Source: Mytilus trossulus (lineage: Eukaryota). Taken from it: a stretch of DNA of 64,000 nt. The DNA lies in NCBI RefSeq assembly GCF_036588685.1, contig NC_086384.1:50096001-50160000 (forward strand), given 5' to 3'. A program made the translations under genes and the position numbers. Below are positions 40,186 to 51,598 of this stretch, in pieces (the stretch's first letter is position 1; each line of letters starts with the position of its first letter). Under the pieces are notes generated by a model. It was not told where the DNA came from and searched no databases. It saw only the letters and a program-made list of their open reading frames with translations.

Positions 40186-41587
40186 AGTTTAAACATTGCA
40201 TAAAAAAATTGTGTTTCAGTGTTTAAAAAACTGTGTCAAACATTGTTTGCCAATCTGTCAAAATATTTACAGATTTAAACAAAGAACTAAACCTTATTAT
40301 GTAATGCTATCATACACCTAATCATCGTGATTAATAGTTAAATCATCTCAAAATAGCCTAACCTGTTAATATTTTGTTTACAATATAAATAAGTCATTTG
40401 TAAGCTATGGTGATGAAATTTCCTTTAAATTATATTTTTTATGTGAACACAGAATAGTATAAAATAAAAAGTTGCTCATACTCATTTCAAAGTTTGAAAG
40501 AATATACAAATTAACGTTGTTGCTAAACTACAATCTCGCAAGCCTGTTTTTATCTAGGTGCGATATGTGTTTTTCTGTAAAATCTATGTTCGTTCCTATT
40601 TTAAACAGACGTTCTAATGATTCCGAATACGCCATATACTTTAACTTTGTAATTTGGTTATAAATGGCAAGAAACATTGCAAATGGAGTATTTTTCAAAC
40701 TACCTCAAGATATAAATAATTGTGTTTAAATACATGGTAATTCATATGTAAAGTTGTGGATATAAAATCGAGTTCTCTTTTATATGAAATAGAAAGTTCC
40801 ATACACAATATCGTTCTGTATACAAAACCATTCGAAAGTGAAAAAAAATAGTTTAGATGTGCTAACATGTACATATAATACATTCACTGACCTATCTTGA
40901 ACTCCAAGGGAAATTCAAAACGGAAAATCTATAATCAAAATGCAAAATCAAAACCGCAAACACATCAAATATATAGATATTAATTGTCATAGTCCTGACT
41001 TGGTACAGATATTTTCTTATGAAGAAAATGATGGATTGAAACTAGTTTTATAACTACCTAAACGTGTCACTTTTATGAAAGTTGCACAAAATGACCATAT
41101 TTTGTCAACAATGTGTGAACAAAACAAAGAGACATATCAGCTGAAAATGTCAGAAATAGCGGTACATCAGTCAATAACAAATATGTCAACAAAGAAACAC
41201 AAAAAGGCATATAGACAAAGCACATCAGCAACACTAAAAAAATAATCAAAGGAAGATGACGGGTTGTGATAATGATGTATTTGAGATAATTCATGTGTTT
41301 TAATCTATTCGTGGTTTTAAGATATTAGAACTTAAAAAGATTAATATATGATTTTTTTTTATATGAAATAAATTTAAAATGTTTACCTTTTATTCTCTTA
41401 TTCTGTTATATACATATGGGGCTGATCCGTGGATATTCGTAATATTTGCTTTCGTTTCCAATTTTAATAATATGTAATGTACAACAAGTACACAAGATTT
41501 TACATTAAAAAAAAAAACAGCCGTTGGTAACTATTCTATCCCATTATTAATAAGATTGTCTATGTAAATTAAAGTTGAAATGTTTAC

Positions 41588-41602
41588 CTTCCATTGTCTC
41601 AG
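41588..41602 (-). CDS. Candidate cGLR start micro-exon 2 (ctgagacaATGGAAG|gtaaac)
   Basis: The phase-1 donor matches the phase-1 acceptor at 38319, giving M-E-D-I-I-I-P. Confidence 0.6.
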
Positions 41603-41902
41603 CTTGTTGTAGGAATGTGTTTTCCCGTAATATCAACTTTCGTTTTTATTTGAATTACACGTAGTTATAGCACCTACGCAATACTTTATAATTTGCATTT
41701 AAAACCCCAGGTATATCAAACATGGTGAAAAGGAAAGCTAAGAAAAAAAAATGTGTACACACGTGGCAAATTAGGTATTAGTGTGTTTGTTTATCTTCAT
41801 ATTACACTTTAATATATGTCTGTTTACATGAACAGCAGACTGTTACTATTTTATCACATTATGTTTAAATTTGTTGTTTTAAATTAAAGGTAAATTGTTT
41901 AC

Positions 41903-41918
41903 CTGCCATCCTTTCAGC
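41903..41918 (-). CDS. Candidate cGLR start micro-exon 3 (gctgaaaggATGGCAG|gtaaac)
   Basis: Phase-1 donor; paralogous to micro-exon 2; gives M-A-D-I-I-I-P. Confidence 0.6.
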
Positions 41919-42401
41919 CTGTTATAAGATTTTATATGAAATGTGTATTTCCGTTATACCAACTTTCGTTTCCATTTAACTTAAACCAACTGATAACACC
42001 TGTATGTAGACAAAACTATTTTGTAATTTGCATTCAAAAACTCAGGTACATTACACATTGTGACAAACTAAAATATCAATAAAAAATGTGTACACACGGG
42101 GAGAATTAGGTTGTATATAGATCTTGTTAACAGATCTGGTTTATATATCGGGTTTGTGTCGTTGTTCTCCTCTTATAGTTGATGTGTTTCCCTCAGTTAT
42201 AGTTTGTAACCCGGATTTGTTTTTTTCAATCGATTTATGAACTTTGGGCAGCGGTATACTACTGTTTTTTTATTTATGTTACTGTTGATATTTAAGTTAT
42301 TCAATATTTTGTAACATAGGCAGCAATTCATAATTAATAATAGTATATTAAAGATTAAAATGCCTTAATAGTTATCAAAAGTACCAGGATTATAATTTAG
42401 T

Positions 42402-42445
42402 ACGCCAGACGTGCGTTTCGTCTACATAGGACTCATCAGTGACGC
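42402..42445 (-). ncRNA. Type I hammerhead ribozyme motif (intact core)
   Basis: gcguca CUGAUGA guc cuaugua gac GAAAC gcac GUC|uggcgu. Confidence 0.82.
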
Positions 42446-43876
42446 TCATATCAAAATAGTTATAAAGCCAAACAAGTACAAAGTTGAAGAGCATTGAGTA
42501 TCTAAAATTCCAAAAAGTTTTGCCAAATACGTCTAAGGTAAAACCTACCTAAGAATGTGAATAAACACATTTAGAGTTGGAGTTACACATCTGCCTTATA
42601 TTGATTCTAGATAGGTTCCTTATAAATAATTTATAAGTTTACAGTTTAGAGAAGGAAGTAGGTAAATTAGAACAGATCATTAATTATTTTGTCAAACCAT
42701 TGATAACATGACAAGATATGTAAGTGATAATGTCAAACTTATGTGCACACATAATGTTTCTGGGAGGGATAAATGGAACTTTTTAAAACATCACTTCGTT
42801 AACATTCTATAAAATAAGATAAACGATGACAATATGTGCATTTCGACTATTAGTGTCTCGTCTAGGATGCTCAGTTAAATATTTAAATATTACTAAGTTT
42901 GCAAAGATTTAAGATTTAAAAGTGCCCAACTCATCAGATCACTTCAATGAAGAAAAAACATTTAACAAAAGCGCACACTGGTAGAGGAGTCCGGGCAGTT
43001 TAATGATTTTTATAGATTAATATACGCAAAAATAAACATTTCGAACACAACATTAAGGGTGGGGTGACACATATCAAAAGGGGAGAAAATAAAAAAAAAC
43101 ATGTAACAATTGACACAAAATATGTATAATACAACATAAAGGATGTTAATATCGAAGAACGGCAAAACTGAAAACCTTCTACTTTTTTCAGTGACCGCCT
43201 TCAACACGTTGAAGTTTATGTCACTTGACAACCTCATATGAGAATTGACAAGAAACAAGCAAATACAGTCTTCAAAGCATAAAATAGTACAAACGATGAA
43301 GCAAAACGGACTTGGTACTCGGAACTCAAATCTGACTTTACATGTCCAATCCCTTCTGAAGACACATATTTGATATTGACAAAAGTTAAGATTGATTGCA
43401 CAATAACCAAAAACGTGTTTGTTTAAATTGAATACTTGAAATCTGCAGCTGGCATTTCAGTAACTGCTAGTAGTTTTTGTTGATTTATGTATTTTTATCA
43501 ATTTGCTTAGCTTTTTTTGTTACCTTTTCTGACATCGGACTCGATCTCCCTTAAAACTGAGTTATACTGTGCGTATTGTTGTGTTTATGATTCTTATAAA
43601 TTGACTAGAGGAATAGGGAGTTTAGATCTTACAAAACATGTTTAATCACGCCGCGTTATTGCGCCTGTCCAAAGTCAGGATCCTCTATCTCTTGTTAGTC
43701 TTGTATGTTCTTTAGTTATAGTTCATTTATGTTTGGAGTTTAATATGACGTCCATTTTCACTGAAGTAGAACATTTTTTTTATTTAGAAGGCAGCTAAAT
43801 CCCGCCTCAAGGTGCAGAATGGTTTTCGCTGTGTTGAAGACCCATTGGTGGACTTCGGATGTTATGCATTAGAATC

Positions 43877-43962
43877 GGAATAACAGTACTGTAGCTGAAG
43901 TGTCGCCATCTGCAAATCGAAAATTGATGGTGGCAACTCTTCAACTACAGTTCTGTTATTCC
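43877..43962. repeat. 86-bp imperfect palindrome (internally deleted MITE-like)
   Basis: ggaataacagtactgtagctgaagtgtcgcca / tggcaactcttcaactacagttctgttattcc. Confidence 0.8.
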
Positions 43963-46540
43963 TTAAAGATAAGCCTAACGAATCTTAATGTTAGTGTTCC
44001 AAAATATTCACACAAATGCAAAACAATGCAGTATCAAGTAAATTTTCAAATAAACACACTAAACATTTACAAAATATGAATGATGAACACAAAATAGAAC
44101 ATGTAAAACATTCCTTATCATGTTTGTGGTATATAGGTCATGCCAAAAACCATAACACAATGATAGGTAGCAGTACATGTATGAGGTCTACTGGAATTCA
44201 ATAGCATTTGGTTTATAAATATGTCCACTGATTTTGGAGATTACTCTTACAAAAATCAAAACACAATATGTTCAATAAGATTACTATCAACTTCAGATGT
44301 CTGTTTTAATGTTCTTTTCAATACAAGGAAAATCATAATGTGTATATACTATTTTATATGAGTTATACTATCTGACGATAACCAAATATGGTTTAGCAAT
44401 AAGGTTTATATTTGAATATGCGTGTTATTAAATTGAATCACTTCCTCTGCATACTCTTATACAGGTTAGTAGCAATATTCTGTAGTGTCGAGCTGTTTGA
44501 AAAAGCCATTAGTAGTACCGAAGCAAAATGAGGAATTTTGCAAACTTAGATCATTGATGCCTTCCGTAAAAACTCGTTTGACTTCTTATCGTCAATGTGG
44601 TTCATTATGTGCCATACTGTCTTGAATCAAAGTCCGTTGCGAAACCGGAAAGGCCGAAAGAATCCGATTAGTTCGTAATCATTTTACAACGTATTGAAAC
44701 TCATAATTCAAAAATAAACACCATGGCGAAACAAATAAATGCAAAAACACTGACCAACCAAGCATATCAAAAACAGGAATCTCATGTGATGCTGCTCAAC
44801 ATAACGCACCATCGTATTGGTCATGTAGGTTAAATTGATCTGCAACGCAAATTTGTTTTTGAGGACCTCTAACTGCAGTTCATACATAAGAAGCTGTTAA
44901 TAATAAAAAAAATAATATCAAGTATGTTGTCAGTTATTTCAAAATGAAATAACATTCACGAATAGTATTACGTTTACGTTTACGCATCGTTGTAAATATA
45001 TGAATTTGATGAGACTGTCGTATAAGTGAGAGGTTTAGCACTATAAAACCAGTTTCAATCCACCATTTTCTACATTTGGAAATGCCTGTACCAAGTCAGG
45101 AAAATGACAGTTGTTGTCCATTCGTTTGATGTGTTTTGTCATTTGAATTTGCCATTTGATTAGGGACTTTCCGATTGAATTTTCCTCGAAGTTTAGTCTT
45201 TATGTGATTTTATTTTTAACACCTTCAATTTATCGTTGTTCACTATTTTAACGAAAGAACATATTTCAAACGAATATGAATAATATCTCTCTCTTTTTTT
45301 ATAGCATTCTTATTACATGTATCTATTCGACATTTTACGTTGAATTTATCAAACCTTCAATTAAGTTTATAATTAATGCAATATATTCAGATCGTAATCT
45401 GCCTTGTTTTCTTTTTAAATTTGATGATTGTTTTAGTATTCAGATTTAAGCAAGTCTGTCAACGCAGATTGTTTCACATACCAATAGCGATTAATTTGTT
45501 TTTGTTATGCATTTATGGAATTTGCGATGGAACGTTGTAACAAGACTGCCGTTCGTCCTGTAGAGTTTGCGTTTCTCAACCGATCGTCACGTCACTTGTT
45601 GTATACATTAATTTTTTTTTGCAGGGGTAAAATCAAAATTGTTTTAAAATAAAGAGCAAAGGTCACATCGGTAATGTAGTAACGAGGGGATAATCCGCTT
45701 TAAGATATCATGTTAAAATTGAGATGCATCCTTAATGAACTAGAATCTTTTTGTTAAATTATAACTTTTAGTTTACTTATTAATATTTGACACTATGATT
45801 CGCTCTCTCAATTTTTACCTTTTTATTCGATCAAAGACAGTACATTTATTTCCTTTTATTTCCTTTTTTAGGGTTTGGTACTGTGGTCTTCAACCTGAAT
45901 GAGATCATGCAATGACCCTGAATGTCTGTTTTATTTGTTGCCTTGTGTAATATTGTTTAGGAACAAAATAAAAAACAAACAACAACATAAGATTTAATCT
46001 TTATCTTAATCAGAAGAGACATCAAGTGCCTTTCAATTCTTTTATTAACTTGTTTGCACTAATTTGCTTCGAGTTTGTTTTGGCAGTGCAACTCATAGGG
46101 CGAGGCCATTCACCAGCTTCTTCATCTTTCTGGTCAGACAAGACATCCTGTTTTCGGGTCTAGCGACGTCTTAATAAACCGGAATTTAATAAAAGAAAAT
46201 AGTAGAATTTTAATTGCATTGTCGCGTGTCGTAACGACAGGAAGCCTTACATGTTTGTTTTTCGTAATCTCAAATTTATGAAATGTAAATAGAACAAGTA
46301 GCTCGGGAAATTGCAATTGTTATCCTTTCCTTGTTTCCTTTCAGTGTATTAATTTTTTGTACAACAATTATTTTATTGTTTACTTCATCAATAAGAAACT
46401 TCAGTTACATGGATAATGTCAAAGGTTAATATTTGTTTTGTAATATTTTGCATGACTTGTTATATTTGTGTTAAAATCAACTTTATTAGTTTTATTATCT
46501 AACAGAGATATTCAGTAGTTTTATCGAAGTGTTTTTAGAA

Positions 46541-49029
46541 ATGATTCTTTCTCAACTTTTGTCGTTTCTTTGGATTATATGTGTCAGTTCCCATTTTATG
46601 TGTTACCGAATCATTGTGATATTACATTAACTAAAAAAGGACATAAGATGTAACTGCAGCTCAATGGATTTAACACATATACCAGCAGATTGCCCATCAA
46701 ACACAACAAGTTTATATTTGTCTAATAATAATCTGGACATTATATCAAGGAAAGCTTTCACTAAATATGCAGAGCTTAGATATCTGGATATAAGTGGTTG
46801 TCATATGACAACAATCGACCAATCAGCATTTGATAATTTATCACATTTAAAAGAACTGAGAATGTCACCACTAGATGATCTACAAGTACTTCATATATCA
46901 CATGACTTGCTGTCAACGTCTTCAAAAGAGTCGTGGTCGGATTTTCATAATATAACAAAAGTGTTTAGTTATGGTGGACCGTCAAATGGGTCGTTTGCAG
47001 AGATATTTCTGTGATGAAAAATCTGAAGTATTTACATAGTCGTATTCAAATTCATGTTCTACGTAAATGTACGTTTCATGCCTTTGCAGAAACGCCATTA
47101 AAATATCTAGAGGTAAACGGCCATTTAATGACGATAGAAAAAGATACTTTTTAACCATTAACATTTCTTTCCAGTCTTGTAATTCCAATTGCACGTTTCC
47201 TAAAACTATCAAATACTTTGCCAGCTTTGCACGTGTTCAAAAAACGTCAAATGGATGAACTAAATTTAAACAATAATTTCAGAGTACACGGTGAATTCAT
47301 TGTAACAACTGATTTATTTACATATATCGGTTACATTTGTGTGAAGAAATTATCTTTGACCTTCAATGGCATAAAAATTATCAATGCTGACGCAGTTCAG
47401 AAGATGAAATATAAACATTGTTTTGAGAGTTTAAACTTAAGTAACAATGACTTTGATTTTCACCAGTTGTTAACAATATGGTTTTTCAATTTGTTTACAC
47501 ATCTGAAGACATTAGACATGTCGGATAACAACATTCAATTTAATCAAAATAAAGTTAAGATAGATGGAATTAAACATACACGTGATAATTATGATCTATC
47601 TGATAATGAATCCTTTAACATCATTCCCTCATATTATCCTCCAGATATTGTATCATGGTTTCCTTCGACACTTGAAATCCTGAATATATCTTGTATCAAC
47701 GTAGTAGGGAACCCAATCAACAGCCTTACATTTAAAGAAATCAAAGACCTGCAAATAATTGATTCATCATACTATTCATTGTTTGACTGCAATTACACAT
47801 TTAACGGACTTCAGGACGTGTTAATACTTAATGTTTCACATTTCAAATGCGGACTTTTAAATCACAACCTTCTACAATCTGCCGTCAATTTGGAACAGTT
47901 GATAATGCAAAGCTCTTCACTATGTATCGGCCTAAACAATGATCACCACTGTCAATTCCTCCATGGACTCAAACGTTTACAGTATATAGACTTTTCAAGA
48001 AATGCATTTGAAGACCGATTTAGAATTTCAACATTTAAAAGTCAACTTGATAGTTTGCAATATTTGATACTTGAAGGAAATTTATTCACAAGTATTCCAT
48101 TATGTCTGGAAGACTTTAACATATTAAGTTTTCTAAATATTAGAAACAACAAGATAGCCTACTTGACAACTGAGGAAATTGACGCCATTGAAGTGCTTTA
48201 CAGAAAATCAAATAGAACAGTGAAAGTCTTATTAGATGGCAACCCTCTTGTATGTACTTGTGCTTCATTAGATTTTGTAGAATGGTTATTTACTACTAAA
48301 GTGAAACTTGACAGCAATGGTAGTTATTCGTGTGTCGGAAACGATGGAAATATTACAACAACAAATACAATTTACAATGACTTACGAATTATGCGAATAA
48401 GATGTATAACAACAGTTTGGTTAATTTTTTCTGCAACATTATTCTGTATGCTTCTATTGTTTATTCTAGTTGGATATCGTTACAAATTGCACCTACAATA
48501 CTTTCGTCTATTCATCGGAATGGCCAATCCACTTTTCCGGAAGTCAAAAGGAGAGACACTTGAATATGATGTATATGTAGCTCATTGCGATGGCGACTAT
48601 ACATGGGTTTATGGACCTTTGCGCATATTTCTTGAAGAGAGACGAAATTATAAACTTCTACTATTAGAAAGAGGTGATGTTCTTGCTGGAGAACCTAGAC
48701 ATTTTACTTTATACAATGCCATTCCAAAATGCAAAAAGATAATCTTAGTAATTTCAAAAGAGTTTGTTAACAATGATTGGGCATACTATGAAGGTATTGT
48801 TGGAATTGAACATTTTCTAGGATTACAAGCAAAAATAATTGTTATAAACCTAGAAAATATAACCAAAACAGAAATACCGCAATGTGTTCTTCAAATGATG
48901 TCATTGAACGCCAACAACCACATTCGTAAAACAGACACATTAAATGAAAAAAAACATTTTCTGGCAATGTTTAGATCAAGCAATGAAACATTAATGAAAG
49001 ACAGTGTTATTATGGCTCTTTTCAATTGA
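46541..49029 (+). pseudogene. TLR pseudogene TLR-E (frameshifts and a deletion in the first ~700 bp, +1 in an A-run near the end; 47218-48950 still open)
   Basis: The ATG at 46541 frameshifts after the signal peptide; pieces 46664-47014 and 47218-49029; terminal IFW.CLD is read out of frame. Confidence 0.88.
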
Positions 49030-49671
49030 TGCTATTAAACAATAGTTTGCATTGCACTCATGCTTTGTCAGTGTAAAGCATATGTAAATAACGTAGACAT
49101 TAAAAACCTGCACGGTGGTACTGAAGATACGATGACAACTATATTTGTCAAAGGAACAAAATAAACCTTTGATATTAAAATACGGCTAGATGGGCTTGAA
49201 GGTATGAGCAACAACTTTCCCATAACAAAAATATACTACTAAAATTTGTTTTACCAAGATGATGTTATGTGTAAAATATCATTGTCGGTAAATCGCTTAT
49301 ATATATTTTGACTAAAAACGTTGCTTGAAACGACATTTTGGTCAATATACGTGAATTTTATTACTATTTTAGAGTATTTTACAACGTGTCATCACACGTA
49401 ACTTTCTTTGCAAATGTATCGAGACTATGTTAAACTGTTTATTAAAATGTAACACAAAAGTAATCCTTGAATAAACTGACTATTTATGCAAAGACTAATT
49501 CCTTGATCTTATCTCATGTTTTACTTTTTTTTGGAATTTGGCGTCTATGATGCAGGTAATTCCAGACAAGTGCTTTAGACACAACCTATTTTTGAAGTTT
49601 TCCTTTCATTTATATAAATTCTATATAACTAGTTACAACAGTTATCAAGGGTACCAGGATTACAATGTAAT

Positions 49672-49715
49672 ACGCCATACGCGCGTTTCGTCTTCATTAG
49701 ACTCATCAGTGACGC
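49672..49715 (-). ncRNA. Type I hammerhead ribozyme motif (intact core, GUA triplet)
   Basis: gcguca CUGAUGA gucu aauga agac GAAAC gcgc GUA|uggcgu. Confidence 0.8.
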
Positions 49716-51598
49716 TCAGATCAAAATAGTTTTATAGCCAATTAAGCACAAAGTTGAAGAGCATTCCGGACCCAAAATTTCAAAATACGGCTAAGGTAAT
49801 ATATTCCTGGGATAATAAAGTCCTTAGTTTTTGAAAAAAAAATTGTTACAGGAAATTTATAAATATATACAAATAATTGTATTTAAATGAAAAAATACTA
49901 TTTCACATAATTTTGTCAAACAGACATGCTTGATTGTATGCTTATCATGTGTATGATACGAACCATATCTGCTTTTTTAAAGATTTAATAATTTTACATT
50001 TGAAAAAAAAGTAGCTATATTGCATTCAATACAAGGTCAGAAATGTATGTGAAGTAAAGCGATTTTCTTTGTAATACCACTTCTGTATAGCAATATTCAA
50101 ATAAAATATCTTACTCATTAAACATTACCTTATTCAACTGGTTAGAGAAGAAAGATTTAAGTAATACAGCAAATGCCTACACTTTGATTGGAATTGCTTA
50201 CTTTGTTTCATGTTGAATGCTCGTTTACGTTTTTCAAAGCCCTCGAAACTTCCCGTATTGGTCCATCGCACTTTAGCGTGATATACTGCCGTACAGTATA
50301 TTAGCAACCAAACAACCATCGAATTTTAGCGTGAGACTACGCCATACTTGAGTGTAGACCATTGCACTTCACCGTAGCCATCGCACCTTAGAGTCCTACA
50401 TATACTAGTATAATATGTGTTGATGTAACTAATGTAATCTGTTGATGTATAGGGTAGCTTAATTTTGGAACCTTAAATCTTAAAATACCACTTAACAGAT
50501 AGTCATTTTATATAAAATAAAATGTGTATTTCATTCTTTATTGAAAATTGTCTCACTGATGTACGAATTTATACTCCTTAAACTACAATTACTCAATCTT
50601 TTGTAAGCGAACTATTGGGCTATTCCAGAATTAGTCTGTCCCCCCCCTATGGAAGACATTGGAATTCCAGATTTTTTTTCCTTTATTTTTTCTAAAATTC
50701 CAAACAAATTTTCCATCTGGACAAAAAAAATCCAAACTTTTTGTCTATTGGTGCACAAGAAATTCCATGTAATTTTCAAAGGGGCGAATAATTTCCAGAA
50801 ATTTTTTACTGATATTCATTAAGATTTTCCAGAACAGAAATATTTGGTGACCCATTATTTCCAGGTATATTACACAAGAGTATTGATCAATTCCCCATGT
50901 ACATGTATAAACATGAAAAGACTTCAAAATAATGGGGGAGGGGCAAAGATCTGACACTGTCAGCAATAGTAGTTAAGAGAGCAGGAGCATTCAAAATATT
51001 GTACTGTTTTCAATTACGGTAGCTATTACACTGATAAAATTTAAATAAACCATGTATATGCCTCTTTTGGGGGTATACCGTATATAATATTCAAGATATA
51101 GATTGATAAAGTTATGCTTCCACTAGTATTATAACATGCGTATTGATTGATTAATATATTGTTTGAGAAATAAATAAACATCAATAGATAACATGAAGTA
51201 TAGATAAAGAGAGACAATAGAAAACAAGAAGTAAAGATAAAAAGAAAGAATAGAAAACAAGAAGTATAGAAAAATAGCAAGTAAAATAGATCACATGGTG
51301 TCGGGCCCCTTATTAATATCAGTAATTTATATTATGAATATAAGTGTCAAGAATGGCTTGGGCTCCTGACGATGGACATGGCCATGGTCAATTAGTTGAT
51401 TCTAATTGGTCTAAATAGATGTTCGAAACACCTAGTGATCTATGGAGTTGGGGTGCTGGGATAGGATATGATAACGATTTATTGAAATTTTAAAAAATCT
51501 ACATATACATGTTATACATTACAGTAAAAATATAGAAAAGCGGGTCTTGGCCATTTTATGGTTTACTTTTAAATCAAAAGATGAAACCAACACGTTTC

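Larger units (their letters stand above)
41365..42110 (-). promoter_or_regulatory. Triplicated module (micro-exon, IRF/ISRE-like motif, GAS-like motif in unit 2)
   Basis: CTTTCGTTTCC (41449-41459), ACTTTCGTTTTT (41636-41647), ACTTTCGTTTCC (41962-41973); TTCCCGTAA (41622-41630). Confidence 0.55.

Noticed and set aside
10134-50405. One giant transposon bounded by inverted termini at 10134 and 50405
   Set aside because: No shared target-site duplication is evident and the copies are diverged; more simply two independent insertions of a common repeat.
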